Position numbers and translations under genes: made by a program. A DNA stretch of 64,000 bases from positions 66,058 through 130,057 of the forward strand of contig OY969472.1 of assembly GCA_963700155.1 (NCBI GenBank). The letters run 5' to 3'. Origin of the DNA: an uncultured bacterium (GTDB taxonomy: Bacteria; Patescibacteriota; Dojkabacteria; J137). Below are positions 56,782-64,000 of the stretch, piece by piece; the stretch's first letter is position 1; every line of letters starts with the position of its first letter. Under the pieces are notes generated by a model, which saw only the letters and a program-made list of their open reading frames with translations, had not been told where the DNA came from and ran no database searches.

Positions 56782-58185
56782 TTACTTTCTCTTCTCTATT
56801 TTTATGCCAAGTTCTTTCAACTGCTCTTCGCTAATATCACTAGGTGCATCCATTACTGAAGTTCTTCCATTGTAGGTCATAGGGAAAGCAATCGTTTCCT
56901 TTAAAGATTCTTCACCAGATAAAAGCATTATTAATCTATCAATTCCTAAAGCTATACCTCCATGTGGTGGTGTTCCGGTTTTGAAAGCTTCAATCATGTG
57001 TCCAACACTTTTTTCAATTTCATCCTCAGAATATCCCATAATTTCATACGTGGCTTTTAAAACTTCAGGATTATGAGCACGAATGCTTCCGCCACCAACT
57101 TCATATCCGTTACATACTAAGTCATATTGATTTGTAATAATTTTTTCTATATTTTCATGTTTTAAAAGCCATTCTAAATGTTCTTCAATTGGAGCACTGA
57201 ACGGATTATGTGTAAATGTCCAGCCGCTTTTGCCATCTCGAACTTCTGCTGCATCTTCTTTATCAACTTTTTTAAAGAATGGGAAATTAACAACCCAGGC
57301 AAAAGCTAAAGTCCCATCTTTCTTTTCTTCTTCACTCCGCAGATCAAATTTATCAGCTCCATACTTTTCAATTGCTTCCTGATAATTTATTACTGGGAAA
57401 GGATCTTGTTTTATTTTTCCTCCGATACTTTTAACTGAAGATTTAACAACATCTTCAACAGTTTTCATAACATCCTCTCTCGAAGGGAAACTCATCTCTA
57501 AATCCAATTGAGTAAACTCAAATCCTCTGTCAGCTCTTAGGTTTTCATCTCTGATACATTTTGCAACTTGGAAATAGTTTTCAAAACCTGCAGTCATTAA
57601 TAACTGTTTGTATTGTTGCGGGCTTTGCGGAAGTGCGTAAAACTTTCCGGGATTCATTCTTGATGGAACTACAAAGTCTCTTGCTCCTTCCATTGTTGAT
57701 TTTGTAAGCATTGGAGTTTCAATTTCTACAAAGTCTCTTTGATAAAGATTTTCCCGCAAAGCCCGCACAAATTTTGATCTTAAATTTAAGACTTTATTCA
57801 TTCGGGTTCTTCGCAAATCTAAATATCTATATCTTAACCTTGTTTCTTCTTTAATGTCATAACCATCACCTTCTACTGGGATAGGCAAAGCTTCTGCTCT
57901 ATTTAAAATTTTGTATTCTTTTACATCAACTTCGACTGTTCCTGTTTCCATATCAGGATTTATCATTTTTTCAGGTCGTTTTTTAACTTCACCAACAACT
58001 TCAATAACAGATTCTACAGTTACATCTTTCATTAACTCATATCCTACAATTTGAATTTTTCCTGTTCTATCACGTAAATCGATAAATGTTAATTTACCCA
58101 TGACTCTTACATTTTCAGCCCATCCTTGTAGTTTGATTGTTGTTCCAACTAGTTCAGTAGTTTGTTTAACTAATGTTCGTTCCAT
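56782..58185 (-). CDS. aspS: aspartyl-tRNA synthetase (bacterial type, short form lacking the GAD insertion)
   Basis: FYALPQSPQQYKQLLM and CIRDENLRADRGFEFTQLDLEMSF; 467 aa. Confidence 0.85.
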   Translation of the reverse strand: MERTLVKQTTELVGTTIKLQGWAENVRVMGKLTFIDLRDRTGKIQIVGYELMKDVTVESVIEVVGEVKKRPEKMINPDMETGTVEVDVKEYKILNRAEALPIPVEGDGYDIKEETRLRYRYLDLRRTRMNKVLNLRSKFVRALRENLYQRDFVEIETPMLTKSTMEGARDFVVPSRMNPGKFYALPQSPQQYKQLLMTAGFENYFQVAKCIRDENLRADRGFEFTQLDLEMSFPSREDVMKTVEDVVKSSVKSIGGKIKQDPFPVINYQEAIEKYGADKFDLRSEEEKKDGTLAFAWVVNFPFFKKVDKEDAAEVRDGKSGWTFTHNPFSAPIEEHLEWLLKHENIEKIITNQYDLVCNGYEVGGGSIRAHNPEVLKATYEIMGYSEDEIEKSVGHMIEAFKTGTPPHGGIALGIDRLIMLLSGEESLKETIAFPMTYNGRTSVMDAPSDISEEQLKELGIKIEKRK

Positions 58186-58383
58186 TTATTTAGGTTTAAA
58201 ATTTAATTTATATTAGTAAATCTCTATTGGATTTTACATTTTTATTTGAATTATTGCACTTGGATATTTTTTAGGGTATAGAAATCTGTCAGCTTTTAGC
58301 TGACACCATCTGAAGTGTTGTTGAAAATAAAAATTCTTCTAAACATAAATTGATTATAGAACTTTCGAATCTATTTTTAAACC

Positions 58384-59694
58384 TTAATTCCCATACTTAG
58401 AAGTCATCCAAGACGCTCCTCCAACACTAGTAATATTTAAAGGAGTAACTGTCTTTGAACTTGTATCTAAATTATAAGTATCAAAAGATTTATCTATCAA
58501 ACTACCGACTCCCTCCATTGGACAATCCTCTTCATTTACACAAGCTTGAAGTTCAGTAAAAGCCAATTTAGTATCACTAATCCAAAAACCGTCTTTAGCA
58601 TTTGTTGCTACTTGAGTATTTGTATTAGTATCCAAATCATAAACGTAAACTTTATGATTTGAATTGTCACTATAAATTATCATATTTGATCCTGTTAGAA
58701 CTGATGGATTATATGAAGTTGAACTAATACCTGTAATTTGGGTTGAACTTGCATCATCCACATTATATGAATAGATCCCATTTGTCGTTGTACTGCTATT
58801 ATTATACTGTCTGTAAACTATAACTGAATCATTTAACCATTCAGGTTGTGTTGCATGTTCTATAGTCTGTGTAGTGTTTGTTGCTAAATTGTAAATATAA
58901 ACATTAAAGTCCATTGGATCACGGGGCGAGGAGGTTGAAATTTCAAACATCTTTGTCCCATCAGGTGAGAATCTAATTTTTTCACTATCTTCAACAAAAC
59001 CTCCTCGCCCATATGCTTCGATATTAATATTTTCTAAAGTTGATTCACTTCCATTATCATTAGATTTAAGTACCCATTTTGTATCAGTTGTATAAAGATA
59101 TGCGAACTTAGTGGTTGAACTAAAGCCTGATACTAATAAATAATCTGAGTTACCTAATGTTTTCTTAGATGTGACAGATCCTGAATTAACGTTTATTGTA
59201 AACACCCCACAGCCAAAATTTCCAGTAACTGTTGCACATTTGGTAAAGCCAACATTATCACCGTCAATTACCTGCAAACTTCTTATATCAATTGATGGGA
59301 GCTCTGTCCCATTCGAATCATAAGCTGGTGTGTTCTGTGGATTAGCAGGATAATTAGTTAATTCTGTACTTGTATGACTATCTACATCATAGGAATAAAT
59401 ATTGTTTCCCTGAACATAATAAATTTTATTATCTACTGCTTCTGGTTGATTAGTTTGTTGTTGTGGATTTTGATCAGTATTTGTCTGAGTATCATTTGCA
59501 GACGAACTTGGATTATTTCCTAGATTATTATTACTCGCGCTATTGCTTAGCAAAATATATAAAACTACTAAGACAATGATAATAAGACATAAAAACACCA
59601 GAGCAACTATTATTAGCAATTTTTTATTTTTACTAGATTTAGTTTGTTCGGTAGGATTTGCCGGCATTGGCGGATTTGGAAGTTCGTTGGACAT
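58384..59694 (-). CDS. membrane-anchored beta-propeller (TolB-like) protein
   Basis: N-terminal TM helix, low-complexity linker, repetitive beta-rich body. Confidence 0.35.
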   Translation of the reverse strand: MSNELPNPPMPANPTEQTKSSKNKKLLIIVALVFLCLIIIVLVVLYILLSNSASNNNLGNNPSSSANDTQTNTDQNPQQQTNQPEAVDNKIYYVQGNNIYSYDVDSHTSTELTNYPANPQNTPAYDSNGTELPSIDIRSLQVIDGDNVGFTKCATVTGNFGCGVFTINVNSGSVTSKKTLGNSDYLLVSGFSSTTKFAYLYTTDTKWVLKSNDNGSESTLENINIEAYGRGGFVEDSEKIRFSPDGTKMFEISTSSPRDPMDFNVYIYNLATNTTQTIEHATQPEWLNDSVIVYRQYNNSSTTTNGIYSYNVDDASSTQITGISSTSYNPSVLTGSNMIIYSDNSNHKVYVYDLDTNTNTQVATNAKDGFWISDTKLAFTELQACVNEEDCPMEGVGSLIDKSFDTYNLDTSSKTVTPLNITSVGGASWMTSKYGN

Positions 59695-59764
59695 TTAGTG
59701 CATTTTAAGAAATGAAATACTAGTTTAGTATATCAAGTTTAAAATGAGATTTGGAAATAAAATT

Positions 59765-59836
59765 CTGAGCAGGTAGGACTCGAACCTACACTCCTCCCGT
59801 TAACAGCGGGGTGCTTTACCATTAAGCTACTGCTCA
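59765..59836 (-). tRNA. tRNA-Asn (anticodon GTT)
   Basis: hand-folded cloverleaf: acceptor TGAGCAG/CTGCTCA, anticodon loop CUGUUAA, T-loop TTCGAGT. Confidence 0.75.
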
Positions 59837-60311
59837 TCAAGACAATAGTTTTATAAATTAAATGTAAAAAAACTATATTGTCGCATTAGTCCCGATTTAT
59901 CGGGGCTCAACAAAGTATCTGTTAATTATAAACTAAATAGGTGAATCAAACCACATTTCCTGATGAAAATCTAGAAGAAAAAAAGAAACACATATGATAC
60001 AATCTACTCCCTGAAGATATAACTTTCTATATTTTTATTAGTCTCCGGTACCGGAAATTTCCGAAATAGCTTGACATAGGTTCGCGTACATATTGCGTTA
60101 CCACCTACAGTATCGCAATAACTTACCATAACTATTCCGAAAATATCTGACATAATATTAACAAGAATAAAATAACTGGTCAACGTAAATCTGAATAGAA
60201 ATTAATATACTATAAAAAGAAGTTATATATTACAAATATGTCTTCTATTTTAAATAATTATCGTGAAATAAACTATTAGCTGGAGTGTTCACTTAAAGAA
60301 AATTGAAAAAG

Positions 60312-61595
60312 TTATCCTTCTTTTTCAATTTTCTTTTCGATTTGCTGAATTGGTTGACCATTATACAAAGGAAGTCCTAGTGTGAATGTACTTCCTTCAC
60401 CTACATTACTTTTGACGTCTACCTTCCCATCCATAATCTTAATTAGATTGAATGTAACGAATAATCCCAAACCAGTTCCGCCAGGTCTTACAATTTCAAT
60501 TTGGCTTTTAAGATCTTGATGAGCAGCAATTTGCTCTTCAATATACTGCCTTGCTCTAAAGAATTTCTCTCCTAGTCTTTTCATATCTTCGTCTGTAATA
60601 CCAATCCCAGTATCTTTAACTGAAAGATATCCCATTTGATCATCTTTGGATAAGATTATTTCAATTGTTCCTTTGAAAGTATACTTTACAGCATTGCTAA
60701 CAAAATTATCAGCAGCTTCTTCAACACGAGTTTTATCTGCATAAATAAATATTGGTTCTGTTGGAGGATTATAGATTACTGATAGACCTTTCTTTTCTGC
60801 ATCTTTCTGAAATCCTTCTAATGACTCTTTCACTACATCAAGTAGATTTACTTTTTCTAGAGTTAGCTGGAAACCTTTTCCTTCAGTTTTAGTTGCAGAA
60901 AGGAGTGTTTCAATTAAATCTACTTCTCTTCTTGTTGAATCAATAGCCATTTCTAAATATTTAGAAAGATTGGCAACGGATTGGGTATTATCTTTTTTAG
61001 CAGACATATCCATCATTAAGAGTGCATTTCTTGCTATTGAGATTGGAGTTCTTAATTCATGCCCCATAATGTCTATCATATCTCGTTCATGACGTCTTAC
61101 TTCTTCAAGTTGGCCTAAAGCCGTCTCAAGATTTTTTTGAACCTCCTGTGAAGTTTCGTAAAGATTTGCATTTTCTAACGCAATTCCGATTTGATTGGCA
61201 TAGGTTGAGAATAACTGTTTCTCATTATCTTCAATTTGATTTATATCTTTATTTTTAAGGAAATAAGCTAAGACACCGATCGTTTGTCCTCGGGAGATTA
61301 CAGGATATACTGCTATAGACTTAATATTTAATATTGCCGATACAGCAGGAATAAGTTGTTTAGGAACAGGAGGAGACATATAATCTTCTAAATTAGTAGT
61401 GAATTGTGGTCTACCTGTTTTTAATACTACTGTCCCAATATTATTAACATATTTAGAATCATTTATATTTACTATGTATTGACTAAAATCACCGATTACT
61501 TTCTCCACTTGATAAGATAACTGGTTTCTACTCGAAGCAATAATTTTTAATTCTTTTTTCACCTCATCAAAACTACCCAATGCTGCTCCTATCAT
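60312..61595 (-). CDS. soluble GAF-domain sensor histidine kinase
   Basis: GAF-like N-terminal half; H-box GHELRTPIS; G boxes DTGIGI and GGTGLGL. Confidence 0.7.
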   Translation of the reverse strand: MIGAALGSFDEVKKELKIIASSRNQLSYQVEKVIGDFSQYIVNINDSKYVNNIGTVVLKTGRPQFTTNLEDYMSPPVPKQLIPAVSAILNIKSIAVYPVISRGQTIGVLAYFLKNKDINQIEDNEKQLFSTYANQIGIALENANLYETSQEVQKNLETALGQLEEVRRHERDMIDIMGHELRTPISIARNALLMMDMSAKKDNTQSVANLSKYLEMAIDSTRREVDLIETLLSATKTEGKGFQLTLEKVNLLDVVKESLEGFQKDAEKKGLSVIYNPPTEPIFIYADKTRVEEAADNFVSNAVKYTFKGTIEIILSKDDQMGYLSVKDTGIGITDEDMKRLGEKFFRARQYIEEQIAAHQDLKSQIEIVRPGGTGLGLFVTFNLIKIMDGKVDVKSNVGEGSTFTLGLPLYNGQPIQQIEKKIEKEG

Positions 61596-61850
61596 ATATT
61601 CATTCTGTGGTAAGGAATCAACAGCTGATTGTGCTACTTCTCTTGGAATAAGTGTTCTAGAAATATTTGTCCTATAATTTTTTCAACTTGATAAGAAAAT
61701 TGATTTCTACTTGTAGCGATTACTCTAAGTTCTTTTTTAACATCATTGAAACTACCTAAAACTGCTCCCCATCATCGATTCATCTTGTGGAAGAGAATCA
61801 ACTGCTGCTTGAGCTACTTCTCGTGGATTTAAAGTTTTTGATACGTTAGA
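61506..61850. repeat. diverged tandem duplication (2 copies of about 165 bp, period about 178 bp, about 80% identity) spanning the 7TM/GAF-HK gene junction
   Basis: copy A 61506-61669 and copy B 61684-61850 align base by base. Confidence 0.6.
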
Positions 61851-62801
61851 GGTTAGGTTGTATAAGGATTTAGTGTTTTTTAGCTCAACAGACATTGCAC
61901 CGGATGCATCTTTAAGTGCTTTATTAACTTTAACTAATTCTTCACTTTGTTGCTTTTCCGTAAGGACACCTCGGACCAAAATTATTGAAATAATTACAAA
62001 AAAGGTGAAGATAATAATCTTTACTACTTGTTCTAATAAATTATTACTTAAGGCTAAGATATCTATTATTAATAAAACGCCTATAATACTAATAAGAAGT
62101 GCAGTTAATGTAACTTTCACCCCTAAAAATTCACCCTTAAGTATTGCATATGCTGTGAATGCCAAAAATAAAACTGCTGAATAATCACCTAAATGTTGGT
62201 ATTCAGCTGTACCTAGAATCGTTGGGGATAATATATTAAATATTACGTTAAAAACTATAAGGAAAAATGTCCCTATTAAAAAATATATTACTTTCCTTTT
62301 TTCAACAAATGTAAGTTTAAAATAACGAGAGACAAAATAATAGACTAGAATTCCAGTAATTAAGACAGCATATAAATTAAAATAGAGATTTATTGGACCA
62401 AAATTAATCTCATTACCCCATTCTCTTCTGATTACCCCTTGTATAATACTATCTGTAAATAATGATAAGAAAATGAATATCAAAGTAAGTGCTATCAATA
62501 AACCCTTAAATTTTTTATTAGAAATCTTTAAAAAATTTTCAATATAGAAAATGTATGCTGCAAGAAAAAAACCAGCGACAAATGACCAATTAATTTTATA
62601 AAATAAAATAGCTGCTGATAAATCATTATTTGAATAACCAAGATAGGCAAAATCAACCCAACCAACTAAGAATAAAGTCATCACAACAAACCATCTATAT
62701 AATGGTTCTTTTAGTGAATTTGCTAAAACAACAATTACAAGGAAAACACTTGCAGCGTTAATTAAAGCTAATATTATTCCCTCAACTAAATTAGATGTCA
62801 T
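61752..62801 (-). CDS. 7-8 TM membrane sensor module (receptor half of a split sensor kinase)
   Basis: polytopic N-terminal region; its cytoplasmic tail ...REVAQAAVDSLPQDESMMG parallels the sequence just upstream of the GAF-HK start. Confidence 0.5.
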   Translation of the reverse strand: MTSNLVEGIILALINAASVFLVIVVLANSLKEPLYRWFVVMTLFLVGWVDFAYLGYSNNDLSAAILFYKINWSFVAGFFLAAYIFYIENFLKISNKKFKGLLIALTLIFIFLSLFTDSIIQGVIRREWGNEINFGPINLYFNLYAVLITGILVYYFVSRYFKLTFVEKRKVIYFLIGTFFLIVFNVIFNILSPTILGTAEYQHLGDYSAVLFLAFTAYAILKGEFLGVKVTLTALLISIIGVLLIIDILALSNNLLEQVVKIIIFTFFVIISIILVRGVLTEKQQSEELVKVNKALKDASGAMSVELKNTKSLYNLTSNVSKTLNPREVAQAAVDSLPQDESMMGSSFR

Positions 62802-62803
62802 TT

Positions 62804-63673
62804 TTACAGTTTAAATATTATTTCTCCTATTATAAGGATAATTGGCCAAAATATATACTCACCATCAACAACAATATATGAAAGGGTTCGCAAATCTTTC
62901 TTCTGAATATTTTGGCTAACTATAAGATAAGTAGTTCCATAAATTATAAAAAATATGAGAATTATTCCTTCTAGTGGAATTACTTTATTAAGAATACCTA
63001 ATAGTAATGGTATAAGTGATAATAAATTAATAAGTTGTAGTATCATTATTGTTTTATTTTTACCAAAGTATACTGCCATCGTTTTAAGTCCTAACTTTTT
63101 GTCACTTTCTATATCTTTGATATCAAAAAAAGTAGAATTAACAATCCATCTTAAAAGTACAAAAATAAAAAAATAAATAAAAAACAATTCTAAATCTAAT
63201 CCATAGTAAATAGGCACAACTAATATTATTAATGCCCAAAAAAATGAAGTATATATATTTTTGAAGCCTAAAAGGTATTTAGAAAAAAAATTCTTAATGC
63301 CTTCTGTATAAAGAATTCCAAATAAAACTATAAAAAGTATAAATAAAATTGTTGGAATATTTGTGAGTGCTAGCAATATAATTAACACTACCGAATAAAA
63401 TATAAGTGATAGTTTTATAAAGTTAGACCTCTGTAGAATATGCTGAGATCTTTCTGGATTTGAAAGAATGTCAACACCTAGCTCCTTATAATGATTATAG
63501 GTGTAAATAATTTGTGAACCTAAATAAGAAATTGCAAGAATTATGAAATTAATCGGTAACCCTAAAAGCAAAATAACTGTCATTACAATTCCTGAAGCGC
63601 CTAGAGATAATAAATGTCCGCCATAAACAAACTCAACACTTAGTTTTAAAAATATACTTTTCACTAAATTCAT
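62804..63673 (-). CDS. UbiA-family prenyltransferase
   Basis: YNHYKELGVDILSNPER (NxxxDxxxD-like) and DIKDIESDKKLGLKT (DxxxD...GxKT) motifs within polytopic helices. Confidence 0.5.
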   Translation of the reverse strand: MNLVKSIFLKLSVEFVYGGHLLSLGASGIVMTVILLLGLPINFIILAISYLGSQIIYTYNHYKELGVDILSNPERSQHILQRSNFIKLSLIFYSVVLIILLALTNIPTILFILFIVLFGILYTEGIKNFFSKYLLGFKNIYTSFFWALIILVVPIYYGLDLELFFIYFFIFVLLRWIVNSTFFDIKDIESDKKLGLKTMAVYFGKNKTIMILQLINLLSLIPLLLGILNKVIPLEGIILIFFIIYGTTYLIVSQNIQKKDLRTLSYIVVDGEYIFWPIILIIGEIIFKL

Positions 63674-64000
63674 TATACTTATAAGAAATCTTTGTTTTAT
63701 TAGTAAGTATACAGCTTTGAATAAATTATTTCATTCCAATTCAAATATTCTTTAGATGATTTTCATTTAACTCAAAGTGATTAATTATATAAAATTTGGC
63801 TCTTCTTTTTCAGCACTTACTAATGAAGTACAATAAGATTACAACGTCAGACTTCAATAACAAATATATGTATGTTAGATTTTGCATAAAAGTGGTTTCG
63901 ACTAATATTATGGATATATGCCTGAGTAAACAAAATTACTTTATTTTTAAATGTATTTCATTAATAATATTATTTTCTAACTATTGCTTTTTGAAAAATT

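Noticed and set aside
1-64000. CRISPR arrays, rRNA genes, integrase/transposase/reverse-transcriptase genes
   Set aside because: A scan for regularly spaced direct repeats, rRNA-like conserved blocks and catalytic motifs (YxDD, DDE, R-H-R-Y) found none. The only regular repeats are the island boxes, palindromes and hammerheads.

Overview
This is an AT-rich bacterial window (roughly 28-30% GC by eye) with Shine-Dalgarno sites and bacterial-type housekeeping genes. These include gatA, cysS, a minimal metG, a dnaE split by a frameshift, mutS, the hrcA-grpE-dnaK operon, asnS, a short aspS lacking the GAD insertion, tRNA-Ala(GGC) and tRNA-Asn(GTT). It also carries several two-component sensor kinases and response regulators, glycosyltransferases, a dockerin-tagged S1 protease and many small secreted or membrane-anchored hypothetical proteins. 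The gene content and reduced enzyme forms suggest a small-genome (Patescibacteria/CPR-like) organism; that is inference only.

The outstanding feature is a roughly 5.7 kb GC-rich (about 50%) island at 15.64-21.3 kb. Every gene in it lies on the minus strand. It contains three type III hammerhead ribozyme motifs with a conserved core and compensatory stem changes. Each one sits 3' of a transcription unit, directly after a stop-codon-proximal hairpin or, for the second, after a structured ORF-free stretch. A promoter-like box (TTTTAAAGAAC on the plus strand) recurs seven times, each upstream of one unit. A CATGCC-N-GGCATG palindrome lies in the 5' leaders of the three soluble-protein genes. There is a three-member paralogous family of small polytopic membrane proteins with highly charged C-terminal tails, one copy truncated. 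Three GC-rich proteins (90, 137 and 337 aa) have no recognisable motif. Two ORF-free, hairpin-dense stretches (about 380 and 700 nt) complete the island, the longer with its own promoter box. The island looks like a horizontally acquired or selfish cassette of ribozyme-processed units; I could not assign it to any described system.

Other points are a dnaE frameshift at an A6 run, a frameshifted histidine kinase, and a diverged 178-bp tandem duplication that separates a 7TM receptor ORF from its GAF-histidine-kinase partner.
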